From assembly GCA_012295275.1 (NCBI GenBank), contig CM022673.1:26846001-26910000 (forward strand): a stretch of DNA of 64,000 nucleotides, in the 5' to 3' direction. Of this stretch, positions 1-12,950 are shown piece after piece (position 1 is the stretch's first letter; each line of letters opens with the position of its first letter). The notes beneath the pieces were generated by a model, which did no database searches, was not told the origin of the DNA, and saw nothing but the letters and a program-made list of their open reading frames with translations. Position numbers and translations under genes: made by a program. The DNA is from Chrysomallon squamiferum. Lineage: Eukaryota; Animalia; Mollusca.

Positions 1-3
1 ATA

Positions 4-40
<37 letters not shown>

Positions 41-65
41 TGATATCTTATGACAGTAACCAATT

Positions 66-127
<62 letters not shown>

Positions 128-289
128 TATTTTAAACATCACTTGTAAATAATGTTAGTGTACTGCACTATGGCATAAAAAAACTTCTTTAAAAGTATCT
201 GTCAAAAAAAGAAAAAAGAAATCATATGTCGTAATCACGGCTAGATATTAAATCCAGTTTTTTACCGGTTGCAATGTAAATTGTTGTAG

Positions 290-401
290 ATGTGTTGGAG
301 ATCTGCCGAAGACGTGGATGTCGTGTATGCTGGCAGACCGGTTTGGTTTTAACAGCAATCAGTATACCTTTACTATAAAAGGATCTCAAGGATGCCACTA
401 A
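290..401 (+). CDS. Terminal coding exon of secreted DYCR-repeat protein, copy 0 (rest of gene lies upstream of the window)
   Basis: Acceptor ttgttgtag at 281-289; phase-2 exon reads CVGDLPKTWMSCMLADRFGFNSNQYTFTIKGSQGCH-TAA; AATAAA at 454-459; homologous to the last exon of copies A-D. Confidence 0.85.
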
Positions 402-561
402 ACAAAAGACAAACACGTTAAACACATTTCACAAAACGTTAAGTGTCATACTTAATAAATCTGTCATAAAGAAAAAGCTTGTAAGTGTTTTGTGATGACA
501 TAACTAGACGCATTCATAACTAGGCGCATGCACACATACATACATGAACAGATGTTAACAT

Positions 562-1478
562 ACCACCAGGTCGACCAATTATCTCAGACTGTGGATCGGA
601 ATTTTATAACATTTCCTAATACATTGACTCTGAGACACGCTAGTTTTTGTTAAAAATACAGATGATCTTTTATCTAAAATATCTAAAACCAAAAATACCA
701 CCAAATTCATTTTTAGTCACCCTGGATATCGATTCCATGTTCACTAACATAAACATCGAATGCGGGTTTAGAATCTGCTGAGAGAGCGTTCGAAAAATAC
801 CCCGATGCAGAAAGACCAATCGAAAGTATCATAGAATTACGTGAATTAAGTTTAAAAGGCAACGACTTTAAATTTAACGGGGAAATGTAATTAGCAGGTT
901 TGTGGTTTCGCCATTTTTTGCCTGTATTTATAATACAAAATTGGAAGAAGCAACCAAGAAGCCATTTTTTATATCATTTCATACCCATCATAAAGGTATC
1001 GTTAAATCTCATGTCTTTAGGTTTCACAGAAATTCAAGTAACAAAGAAAATTTTAATGAGGATTGTTCACTCCTATTTTGCGCCCTGAAATCGAGACGTT
1101 ATTCAAAACGAGTTCTGTGGAAAATTAAATCTGAAACGTCAGAGAATTAGAAAAACCGTTAGAACCACCAGACCCATTTTAAGCCATCTAAAATCCAACG
1201 TAATATTCCACCTCACTTGGGTTCCGAATCTACAGCGATCTGTAAGATGCAGGCTCCACGACGACGTATAAAATCTCAGTCTACGTTGAATAGCGAAGAA
1301 ACAAAAAGTGAATATCAAATCCGAACTAACCTAGACTGAGATTCCAAAAATTTGTGTACTTGATAACATGTAAAAAAATATTATGTCGGCCAATCCCAAA
1401 ATATGTTACGAGTCAGAACTGCTTGTCACGAATACGATATTAGGCATGAAGTTGACATTCCTGTCGCCAAACACTTTT
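562..1478 (+). mobile_element. Decayed Penelope-like retroelement fragment (RT remnant plus start of GIY-YIG endonuclease)
   Basis: Frameshifted pieces FLVTLDIDSMFTNIN, LKGNDFKFNGEM, KGIVKSHVFRFHRNSS..ALKSRRYS, YVGQSQNMLRVR match PLE RT and GIY-YIG motifs; boundaries approximate. Confidence 0.75.
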
Positions 1479-1916
1479 AATATTTTAATTTACTTTCTAA
1501 ATACTTTTAAATAGATTTAGAGATGTACTGTCTTTCTGTATAAAATGTAATGTTAAACATGCCTGAACGCTTCTGCATATAGTTTTAAAAGGTTTAATGA
1601 ATAATAATAATATAATAAAGAATAATATATAATCAAACGCAAGTATTTTTTATGGATTTTATAAATAATAAATAATAAACTTGGGGTGTAATTATATATG
1701 ATGTTTATTATTAAATGGAAATGTTTATAACTGATCACTGGCTGATAAAACTGATACTTATTTTTATTTTTGAGTTGCTCAGTAATAACTGTTAATATTA
1801 ACATATGTTCGGGTTTTGTTAAACATTAATTAATGTTATTTCTAATACCTAAATGAAAATTATAAATTCTTATCTCAAGCCTCGAGGTCTTAAAAAGATA
1901 AATTACGGAAGCTTAC

Positions 1917-2095
1917 AATGTCGAGTAAAGGAGTATTTCACAATCTAGCTGTTCGCAAACGCCTTCTCTGACTTTACCAATAAAACGTGGTGGGAGTGCG
2001 ACATGTCTCTTACAGTGAACCAGTTCAAAACAAGAATGAGGATCGTTAATTCGAGATAAAGCTGAAACAAAATTCACATGGCCATTTTTATTCAT
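1917..2095 (-). CDS. POLR1F: First coding exon of RNA polymerase I subunit RPA43 (duplicated copy, unit 1)
   Basis: ATG at 2095; MNKNGHVNFVSALSRINDPHSCFELVHCKRHVALPPRFIGKVREGVCEQLDCEILLYST resembles the RPA43/TWISTNB N-terminus (RHIALSPRYL...GIREQLDAELLRYSE, recalled from the human protein); ends at phase-2 donor GTAAGC; no exon 2 found in the window. Confidence 0.8.
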
Positions 2096-2256
2096 GACTC
2101 TCGCATACAACGAGAATTATCGAGACCACAACGCCAAGCATTTCCTGGTTTAGTTTGAGCGCTTAACGACAGTGTATGGGAACATAACTCTTGAACCTTT
2201 AACGAGTTGTTTCATGTTCTTTTTATTAACAAAATTCAAAACCTTTTAGAATTTTA

Positions 2257-2333
<77 letters not shown>

Positions 2334-2712
2334 CACATATAAAGAGCTAGTAACAACGATCACAGGACCACCATCAGAAACGCATCTACTATAATAATGA
2401 TGATGATGATGATGATGACAAATCAATATAAATAAAACAATAACAAAAAAAAACTTGATTCAAAATATTTGATTCAAATTTAACTATTATTTTTACTCAT
2501 ATTTTCTTATTATTATCATCAGCACATAATTTCAAAGTGTCTTTGAAACATTTGAAAATTAATTTCTTCCGAAGCAGTGATGGGAAATATATATATATAT
2601 ATATATATATATTTATGTATATTTTTGTTTTTTTGAGTTCTATATAAATGACGAAAGCAATGCTTTATTATCAAGTTAGAAGGTCAGTGTTCGTGAGTGC
2701 GTGCCTGCATGT

Positions 2713-2763
<51 letters not shown>

Positions 2764-2992
2764 ATCAAACAAATACCGGGAAACATTTTATTTCATCTAC
2801 CGTGATGTTAGTTCTATCAATTATTAGTTGACGCTACCAAATACCAAAATAGATTATTATATTACATTTTTCTTTCTGTTTTCTTTCACATCAAATTTAT
2901 GGGAAGTTTAAATGAGAAACAAAATGGATTTAAAACAACATAAGAACAAATTAAGATACTGAATATAAAATTTATAAAAGTTATAATAAAAC

Positions 2993-3029
<37 letters not shown>

Positions 3030-3030
<1 letters not shown>

Positions 3031-3150
3031 CAATAAAATATTGCAGTATTTCATTTACACTAAATTAATTATTCATAAATTATATAATTTTTGTTGCAGT
3101 TTCTTTCTTTTCATTTCACTTATGATCACTCTGAAAGTGAAAGAAATATA
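3030..3150 (-). pseudogene. Orphan 3' UTR exon of the CCSC-(GS)n peptide gene; coding exons deleted in unit 1 (likewise near 15555-15675 in unit 2)
   Basis: Same acceptor (tttctttcactttcag on minus) and downstream sequence as at 25349 and 40350; unit 1 jumps near 3460 from the equivalent of 25456 to the equivalent of 27133. Confidence 0.6.
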
Positions 3151-4198
3151 ATTTAATGAATATATATATATATTAAATATCACTTATATACTTCACAGGT
3201 AAAGTAGTACAGATAATAATTTTGGAAAATTAGAAATTATTTAAGAAGCACAGTATAATTATATTATATTGGAGGCAGTTTCATTTGGTAAACGCAGTGG
3301 TACTTGTGCTTTCATTTTTAACGGAAAGTACGTAAATCATTCATGATAATTTAATTTCTCTTAACTGGTAGGAGTAATCCTTTATCTGGAATTATCTTTA
3401 TAATTATAACAACGATCCGATAACCGAAAATACAAAATATCCATATTTTTCATATTTAGTTGTTTAGTAAATCTCTTTTCATTTTATTATTATTTGTGGT
3501 AGAGTGGTAGCAGTAGTAGTAGATGTTGATGTTGCTGTTGTTGTAGCAGTTGTAGTAGTAATAATATTAGTTGTATTACTAACAGTAGTTGTAGTAATAG
3601 TATTAGTGGTGGTGGTTATGGTGGTCTAAGTAGAAGTAGTAGTAGATGTAGTAGTAGTATGACGTTATTGCTGTAACAGTTACGTTTTTGTAGTGGGGGT
3701 TTTGTTATCTGTTGTATTTCCGACCCGTAAATCAAGGAGCATCGTGCAAAATCATTCCACGCGACGTAAAACAAATTATATGTAAATTTAGATCGACTGA
3801 TGCAGATTGGTGGTTTTTCTCTGATCTGCTGTTCACTTGATAGATGGGCTGACTGTCACATATAACAATACGCCTGTCTCTGTTTCAGTTAAACCTGGTT
3901 TCTCGTTTCTCCAGGTCTGTAACAAATATCTGTGTTTAACATGTCAAACTGCCAGCATGCTGAATGAACGGGAGAAGTTAAACAATGCATATGTATGACA
4001 GTGATATTTCCGAAAAATGTTAAAACTAACAAAACAAAAATCTTAATGAAAACAATGATTATTTATTTATTCATCAAAATCCTCATTCAGCATCTGCAGA
4101 AATTATTATATAATTGTTTTCAAGTTAATATAGCACATGACGATTTGTATTATAATTATAATAATAACAATAATAATAATAATAATAATAACAACAAC

Positions 4199-4232
<34 letters not shown>

Positions 4233-4236
4233 GTTA

Positions 4237-4267
<31 letters not shown>

Positions 4268-6589
4268 TTATTTATTTATTTAGTTAATTAGTTAGCTGGT
4301 TAGTGATTTGTTGTTTATTTTATGTTTATTTTTCATTCTTTTCTTCTGTTGCTTTTGTTGTAAACTTTATGTTTATTAAACGTTGGTCGTATGTAGAACA
4401 CAATATATTTACATTATTTATGAATAATAACGTTCAATTAAACTATTTATCTTTAGTTTAACAAGTTAGTAGGTTAGTGCAACAACATTCTGTAGAAGTG
4501 ATGATTTCTTGTACCTCTTACTGTTATTGACGAAAATGTATTCGAAACCAGGACCTATCAGTTTATAGTCCAAAAATTTAGTTTTTTACGATAACACAGA
4601 TATCAAACATGCCTTTCCTTTATTTTCATTTTATTTTTTTATTTTATTATAATTATTTATTTATTTAGATACTTTTATTTTATTATTATTTATTTATTTA
4701 TATTATTATTACTATTATTATTTATTTATTTATTTAATTATTTATTTCATTTTTCAATTTCTTTTTCTTTCTTTCTCGTTTTTTTTTTTTACACGTATCA
4801 ACATTATCAAATATGACAGTATAAATACCAGATAATAAATTTAATTCAGAAAATAAAAAATAAATATAAAGCCTTAATTAGTTTCTGTCAGTATATTATC
4901 GTTCAGTTTGGTCCAAGAGAAAAAATTTGTAGAAAAGAAGATAACGTTCATCTTGGGATAGCAGTCTGAGATAAAGCTTAGCATCGACATTATATTATTT
5001 TTATATTTATTTAAATAAATATATATATATATATATATATATAGATTTGTTTTATGATTTTACTTCGTAATATTTTTTTCTAGTGTATCGATAAGAATGA
5101 ATAATGAACTTTGTGTGAACATTTCGACTACCAGTGTATAGGTCATTATTTTCCAATATTAATTTTTTTTTTTTTAAGTAAAGGTTTTGAATTATACTTT
5201 TATATAGTTTTGTATTAAGATTCAACATATTGTCATGACAAAACGCCATATGCTGTTATCAGTCGTGTTATACTGTATCATATCAATCAACAACAAAAAT
5301 CTTAGTGTGAAATATCGTCATTTGCACTGGTATCGCACCACTTCACAGAGTCATATTACGCTATGTTTTAATGTCAAATACTCAGGAGCTTTTATCAAAC
5401 GTGTTATACTATATCATATCAATCAACGGCAAATTATCGGTGTGAAATATCGTCATTTCTACTGGTATCGCACCCGTTCACAGAGTCATATTACGCCACG
5501 TTTTAATGTCAAATACACGTGTGTGTTTGTATTACTGTGTTTTTATATATACAGAGTGCTACAGACTGATAGAGATAACGAAACAGTTCAGTAATTTAGA
5601 ATCAGAGTAAATTAAGCATAAGAGATAGACTGGTAGACAGGCAGACAGACAAATTGAAAGAGAGTAGAGGGATGAATGAATGGATGGATAGACAGATGGA
5701 TGGATGAATGCATGCATGCATGGATATAGAAAGACAGACATATAGACAAACAGACAGACACAGTCAGACAGACAGACAGATAGATAGACAGCGGTATCAA
5801 AACCAGAATAAAACAAGTACATTTACCTGAAACGTCATATAGGTAAATTATACCAAACAGTACCATATATATTTTATTTCAGTCCATATGATTTATATTT
5901 TATTTCTCAAAGCAGATGTGATAATAGTGCACTGAAACTGCATAAAATAAAATGTGTTAAAGTAGCTTTAAGTGATGACCAGTAAACTGCAAACTATTAG
6001 ACGTTATGAACGTTCACTATATAACTAGTTCCAACCACTGGCTAAAATTCGACAAGCAGACTGTCTGTACAACACGTTTTGCTATTCCAGTTAAAAGGTT
6101 TGCTGTTACAAACTGTATACTTTGAAAGTAGCTTTATCCAGTGACCATACAGAGATTGTTATTATAAATTGTACAGTCTGAAATTAGCTTTATCCTGTGA
6201 CCACTCAGAGATTGCTATAATAAATTGTAAGGTTTGAAAATAGCTTTAACTCTTAACCAGCATTGCTATCAAACAGTTTGCTAATATAAACTGTACAGTG
6301 GAGAAAAAACAACAACAACACAAAAGAGCCATGGTTGTGGAAGAGCAATTTGATCGATAAACGCACGTGCTAGAAACATTTTCTGAATGTCATCTGTCCA
6401 CCTAAAATTCGTTTCAAATTGGTGAAAAGAATAATATATATATATATATATAAATATAATAACCTTGTTTACTCAGAAGTAAACATCAGAGACATTTGTT
6501 TTTGGACTGACAATTAATCTTTGTGTCGATCTAAACATTTAGTCTAGACGTTACTACGTCAGCGACATTGTTTGCAATGTCCTGTCAGC

Positions 6590-6906
6590 AGCATACACAG
6601 ATACACACGAACATACATATATACATACACACATACATTACATACATACATACATACATACATAAATACATACATTACATACATACATACATACAAATAT
6701 TCATACACACACACATACATACATATATACATACACACACACATACATACATACATATATACATACATACATACATACATACAGAAATACATTCATACAT
6801 ATATACATACACACATACATTACATACATATATACGTACACACATACATTACATACATATATACATACACACATACATTACATACATATATACATACACA
6901 CATACA

Positions 6907-6939
<33 letters not shown>

Positions 6940-6940
6940 A
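6590..6940. repeat. Compound TACA/CATA microsatellite (also 18740-19030)
   Basis: Visible directly; source of the YIHT/MYVC pseudo-ORFs. Confidence 0.9.
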
Positions 6941-8079
6941 ATAGATGCACACAAGAATGCCGAAAGACAAAAGAATATTCGAAATCCTGAACTGCAGATA
7001 TAGACTGCCTCTTTAAATATTTCATTTTGAGAGGGAAAATACGTGCACATACACAAAAGTCCCCAAACAAAACAATAAATAAATAAATAAATACATAAAT
7101 AAAATATTAATAAATCAATAATAAAAATAACAACAAAACTCAACAAAAAAACCACAAAAAAGTATAAATTCAACAGGCACATTCATTATTTAGAAATTAA
7201 TTATTTTTCTCTTTTTCTTTTTTATTTATTTACTGATTTTAAAAAAGAAATAAAAAATATATTGCCTCTTTAAATATTTCATTTTGAGAGAGGGAACATA
7301 CATGCGCATACACAAAAAGCCCCAACAAAACAACAATAAATAAATAAATAAATAAATAAAATGTTAATAAATAAATAATAAAAATAAAACAACAACAAAA
7401 CCCAACAACAACATTATTATTATTTTTTAAATCAGTAAATAAAGAAAAAAGAATAAAAGAGAAAAAAAACGTAATTTTCAAATAATGAATGTGCCTGTTG
7501 AATTTTCTGTCAAATGTAGCGTTATTATTATGTACGTCTGTCTTTAGATTACCTGTAACCTTCTGTCAACAATTAGTTACCTGTAACCTTCTGTCAACAA
7601 TTAGTTACCTGTAACCTGTCAACAATTAGTTACCTGTAAAATAACTGTTCTCTAGTAGACTTCTTTTTTCTCATAATGCGAGTCATTATAGTTCATTACT
7701 AAACAACATCTAATTCTGTTTTGTTTGTTTGTCTGTTGTTGATTATATTTATTTATTTATTTATTTATTTATTTTATTATTATTTTTAAATTATTTATTT
7801 AACTTTTTTTAAATGAAAATCATATTCTTCTTCATCATCGTGATCTCTTTTTTTCTTCTTTTTTTTTTCTTTTCTTCTTTTTCTGGTATCATCTTCATCG
7901 TCTTCATCATCATCATCATTATCACTGTTGTTGTCGTAATTTCGTTTTCTAATCGGATATTAATTTTTGTCTCTCTTAAATGTGAAAATTTAATTATAAA
8001 TATTTATATTTTGTTCAGTTTATTTCAGTGTTATTCGTATAATTCATCCTTCTTTTTATATTGTTTACGGTAAAAAAAA

Positions 8080-8150
8080 TTATATATATATATATATATG
8101 TCAGTCTACTTCATTACAACATTCGATAGTGGAAAACCATCACGGTAAGT
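8080..8150 (+). promoter_or_regulatory. Putative TATA box and short non-coding first exon of the DYCR gene (equivalent donors at 20218, 30556, 44188)
   Basis: TATA-rich run, TCATT Inr-like motif and a perfect donor CACG|GTAAGT (8144/8145) conserved in all four units; the coding exon at 9118 starts with an acceptor, so an upstream exon is required. Confidence 0.55.
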
Positions 8151-8513
8151 CATATACATACATACATACATACATACACACAAATATATATATATGTATA
8201 TATACACACACACACACATACATAAACATATACATGTATATATATATATATACACACACACACACTCACACATACATACATAAACATATACATATATATA
8301 TTTTTACTAAATCTAAATTACTAACTTTAAAATAAAAGGTTTTTTTAAGTGGAAGAATTTGTTCTTACATTATATATATATATATATCTTTTTAAGACGC
8401 TTATATTTGTTTTACCTGATACTTTATTTCAACAAAACTATTAGTTTACCAGTTTATAAAAATACTTTACTTGCTCTTAAACATTATTTTCAAAATGTAA
8501 ACTCTTATGTGTG

Positions 8514-8551
<38 letters not shown>

Positions 8552-8563
8552 TGTTTGTGTGTA

Positions 8564-9011
8564 CAGTGGTACCTTGACTTACGAGTTTAATTCGTTCGGT
8601 GAACGAGCTCGTAACTCAGTTTGCTCGTATCAATTTTCTCAACTGAAATTAACTGTAATACCGTTAATCGTTTTTAAATAAGAAAAATGTTTGTATAAAT
8701 GACAAATAAAAACAAAATAAAAGAGAATGTAAAGAAATAAGTTGGTTTTGTAAAGTGCATTTATCTTGGAGATTAGACAACGTGGCCTAACTGAAAATGC
8801 TTACGTTCCATGGACTGAAAAGAAAAAAAAAAAGAAGAAAAAAAGAAACGTGAGGACAACACAACAAAGACGCTTCTACGGCGGAGGCATAACTGAAGCT
8901 CGCTCGTAACTCAGATTATAGCTCGCAACTCAAAGCAGAAACTCGCACGGACGACTGCTCGTAACTCGGAAAGCTCGTAAGTTGGTGCACTTGTAAGTCA
9001 AGGTACCACTG
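8564..9011. mobile_element. Tigger/pogo-type (Tc1-mariner) MITE, unit 1
   Basis: TIRs cagtggtaccttgacttacgagt ... acttgtaagtcaaggtaccactg; TA at the left flank; no coding capacity. Confidence 0.8.
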
Positions 9012-9130
9012 TTTATATATTATGTACGTATGTATGTATGTATGTAAGTATATATATATGCATATACACGCGCACACACACACATAAACAAACACTCACA
9101 TATTCCTGTTTGTTCAGACTGCACAGAGTC

Positions 9131-11778
9131 ATGTTTGTTATTCTTTGCCTGTGTGTGCTGACTGTGGCTGACGCCTGCGTCACGGTGAAGCCGAGACGGA
9201 CGGACATAACTGACAAGGGCTACTCGAACATGTTTCACGGTTGGGTGGATGTGCAGAGACAAGGAGTGAAGAATGACTACTGCAGGTTTGTTACAACAGC
9301 TTAACGTAGGTGACTTTGTCTTTTACTTTTTACGTAACCAGTGGCGTAGCTAAGATACGACAAGTATGACGCTTGCACTGTCAAACATCCGTTAATCCGT
9401 CCAGCGAAACCCGATGTCCATTCATTGCACAAAATACATACAAAAGACAAGCGCCCAGGTTATCGACCACTTATCAGTAGCACACAAGAAGACCGATGTT
9501 GTTGTTGTTGCTGTTGCTCCTAAAAAACGCCTCCGCCAGTTGTTCCATTTCTGGCATTTTATTTCTCACCCTTACTAATTGGTGTTCCGTCACCTTAATT
9601 GATGACCCATCACCTTAATTGATGTACTTTTGTCCACAGTTTGTAGGACAATCAATCACACTCTACACATGAAAGGATCCAGAAAGCACTCCACCGCAAG
9701 CTGACAAGTAGGAAGCCGTGTCCCGGGTACACGTGACGTACTCCAATCCCAGCTGGAAGAGCTTGTGCTTGTCTTCTTAGGTGCGGCGGGACTTCCTTGA
9801 TTTCTGTCCACCAGCAGATGGGCTTCCTTGTTGGCGTTATCTGTCTTGAACAGGAGAATGAGCTCGTGTATGTTCAGGTGTGGTTTCACTGCTCTCTTGG
9901 CCAACCTGCTCTTTTAACCTTCACAGTTGTTGTTCGTCCTAGGAGTGTCGCTCCTGAAGTGGTTCTAAATCGTCAGAGGAAAGTTGCCATTAATCCATGT
10001 ATCACGAAAGTACTCATTGAACTGAAAGCAAGCTAGCAGATCCGGTGTGTGGGTCACAACAAGGTTGTATCCATCCACAACACGAGTAACTGGAAGGAAC
10101 GCTAGTCCAACAAACATACGGAACCACTTGCGTACTTCCTCACTGGACCAGTAAGCAGAGGGGAGGCCCAATTCTTGAAGATTCCGAAACAGGGCTTGGC
10201 CGAAGTGGAATAGGCATCCCTCCAGATGTGTAGATGGAATCAAATCACGAATCACATTGTGCACTGCGATTTCAAAATCCATGATCATAGTTTTAGGTTC
10301 AAATGTCAAGTTCATCCCAGTAGCTTTCACCTTAAGCAAGTTCACCAGTACATTGATCCCTTCTTGTCCGGTAATAGACAGAATCGGATCCCAACTGCGT
10401 CTTGATCCACTCGCCTTCCAGGTGTACATTCATGGCTGCCTATGGTGTTTGCGGGACCTTTTTCGCTCTCTGTCGGGACCATCTGGATTTGATGCCCTCA
10501 AACATACTCAGCTTGGAAGCTATGTCCTGTGGTGTTGCGTCTCCATACCCAGTCAAAAACTTCTTCCTCTCCTCTTCATATATCTTCGGGATACTGGCCA
10601 GCTCCTCCCGTGCTCGCTACCGTATGATGTTGGTCAGTAGGTGGAGAGCAACTTCGTTCTCAGGAGGAATGGATGTTGTCCTTATTAATTTTTATTCATG
10701 TCTTTTTCTGCCAATACTGAAAAGTTAAGGTGTCAAAGTCAAACGCTCCTTAATGTGTCCAGTCAACTCATCGCACAAACAAAAGACAAGCGCCCAGGTT
10801 ATCGACCACTTACCAGTAGCTCACATGAAGACCGATGTTGTTGTTGCTCCTAAATCACGACTCGGCGCTTTTTTAAATAAATTATACTGTTGTACTTCAC
10901 TAAAGGTGACTTAAAAATCAGCTGTACAATGTTCAAAATCTTTGGTGCAGGTATATTTGTGTAAATTAAATTTTAAATAGACCGTCGTATGATTTCATCA
11001 CAACGATTGTTTTTTTTTTTCACTCTATGTATTTTTATTACATTTTTGTCCTTCAAGGAGATGCATTATTGTGTATGTATACGGTAAATATGTGTGTGTA
11101 TGTGTGTGTTTGTTTGTTGTTACGGTGTGTAATATATGTAATTATAAAGATAGAAAGAAAGAAAGAAAATTAGATAGACTGATAGATGGACAGACAGACA
11201 TATAGACATATTGAAACATAGATCCACAGACACATAGACAGACAGACAGACAGGTATATATATATATATGTATATGTATATATATGTACACTGACACATG
11301 TAATATTATAATTCTAGAGTTGTCGGTCCATCCAAAGGCTTCCCATTTAAATGGCTGTCATGCGCATTGGCCGGAACCCAGGGTGAAAGTCAGTATAACT
11401 ACAACGCACCTAATGGCGGTGTGACCTGGTTTGACCCCGGATATTCAGGCTCGTGGTTGATGGAGGATATGAACGGAGACGGGCGGGATGACTATTGCAG
11501 GTAATCGCTGTAACACTGAGAATATTGTTTTATCAAAAATAAACAGTAAAAACATAAATGTGTAGACCTTTCCAAATTATATAAGATATCCGGACTGTAT
11601 TTTAAAAATTGTTCAAGAAAAGAAAGTTTAAAAGGAGAACAAAATAAGAATGTAAAGAAGAAAGGTTGAGAGTTTCCGTTTTGTAAATAACTGATCGAAA
11701 CTTTGATATATATATATATATATAAAGCTGATATATAAAGCTTATGACAGTAACCAGTTACCTCACACACACATACAC

Positions 11779-11813
<35 letters not shown>

Positions 11814-12426
11814 ATCTGAGCATCACTTGTAAAATCATGTTAATGTACTGCACTAGGACATAAAAAATCTACTGGCAATAATACGAACAGAGATATATAT
11901 AAATATGTGTATATATATATATATAGTAACTCACGGTATGTTGTTTTGCTGGTAAGAAACAATATATATAAATGTGGGTATCTAAGATGTGAATAATTAA
12001 CATTGTTTCTGACCACTAAAACAACATACCGTAAGTTAATAAAAAAAATAATTTTGAGCATTATAAATTTAAAAAATAATTTTAGAATATTTTGAAAATT
12101 ATAAATTAAAAAAGTAATTTTAAAATATTTTGAAAATTATAAATTAAAAAAATAATTTTAAAATATTTTGAAAATTATAAGTTTATAAAATAATTTTATT
12201 ATAATTTTAAATTTACCAGTCAAAAAAAAAAAAAAAAAAAAAAAAAATCGATATCGTAATCACGGCTAGATATTAAATCCAGTTTTTTATCGGTTAGAAT
12301 GTAAATTTTTGTAGATGTGTTGGAGTTAACCCGAAGACGTATATATCGTGCATGCTGGCCGACCGGTTTGGTTTTAACAGCAATCAGTATAGCTTTACTA
12401 TAAAAGGATCTGGAGGGTGCCACTAA
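9131..12426 (+). CDS. Secreted 149-aa two-repeat DYCR/DxNGDG (FG-GAP-like) protein, copy A, intact
   Basis: Exons 9131-9285, 11318-11500, 12315-12426; GT-AG, both introns phase 2. MFVILCLCVLTVADA-CVTVKPRRTDITDKGYSNMFHGWVDVQRQGVKNDYCR/VVGPSKGFPFKWLSCALAGTQGESQYNYNAPNGGVTWFDPGYSGSWLMEDMNGDGRDDYCR/CVGVNPKTYISCMLADRFGFNSNQYSFTIKGSGGCH*; AATAAA at 12479. Confidence 0.88.
9441..10854 (+). repeat. Direct repeats of about 80-100 bp (9441-9524 and 10780-10854) flanking the MULE fragment
   Basis: caaaagacaagcgcccaggttatcgaccactta...gttgctcctaaa on both sides; single copy at 21491-21566 in unit 2. Confidence 0.8.
9540..10760 (-). mobile_element. Decayed MULE (Mutator-like) transposon fragment in an intron of copy A
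   Basis: MDFEIA, GCLFHFGQA and RTNNNCEG motifs with stops and frameshifts; repeated caccttaattgatg near 9590-9625; absent from copy B; boundaries approximate. Confidence 0.8.
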
Positions 12427-12816
12427 ACAAAAGACAAACACGTTAAACACATTTCACAAAACGTTGAGTGTCGTACTTAATAAATAAGTCATAAAGAAAA
12501 AGTTTGTAAGTGTTTTGTGATAATATACAGAAATAAACGGTTAACGATTCTTTCACCCTTTGACGGATCTGTTTATTACCACAATTTCCTTTGTTTTCTC
12601 AACCAACTAAACTATGCAAAGGTGGCATATGAAAACACACACACACACACATACACACACAAACACACACACACACACACAAAAACAAACAACAGTCATT
12701 GACTAAAAGTAAACAGAGCACTTACTGACAAGAATGGCTACTAGGAGGCTTCATCAGCAGAATTCGGAATAAAAGTTTATCATTTATTTTTCTTTGAATT
12801 TCTTACATACATACAT

Positions 12817-12856
<40 letters not shown>

Positions 12857-12950
12857 TATTTAATAATACACATGCTTACATGCTTACATACTATACATGC
12901 ATACATAACTGGGCGCATGCACACATACATACATGAACAGATATTAACAT

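Noticed and set aside
222-425. Recurrent minus-strand ORF MFNVFVFCL... (also 12220, 22518, 37476, 47265)
   Set aside because: At 222-425 it starts at GTG; all copies are the antisense shadow of the DYCR terminal exon, which has a proper acceptor, stop and polyA signal
3861-3920. TATAA plus TCAGTT plus donor-like CAG|GTCTGT as first exon of the DYCR gene
   Set aside because: Altered in unit 3 and absent from unit 4, whereas the CACG|GTAAGT donor at 8144 is conserved in all units; not excluded as a minor promoter
5235-5594. 119-aa ORF MTKRHMLLSVV... repeated in several units
   Set aside because: Conservation is explained by the duplication; it contains an internal DNA tandem repeat, stops early in unit 4 and has no recognisable motif
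6559-7182. ORFs rich in YIHT, MYVC, YIYI, ERER, LSIY or poly-L/N/V throughout the window
   Set aside because: Translations of microsatellites
9131-9180. ADA-C cleavage site shared by DYCR copies A/B and the poly-Cys peptide, suggesting kinship
   Set aside because: A-x-A is the generic signal-peptidase motif; exon structure and signal length differ
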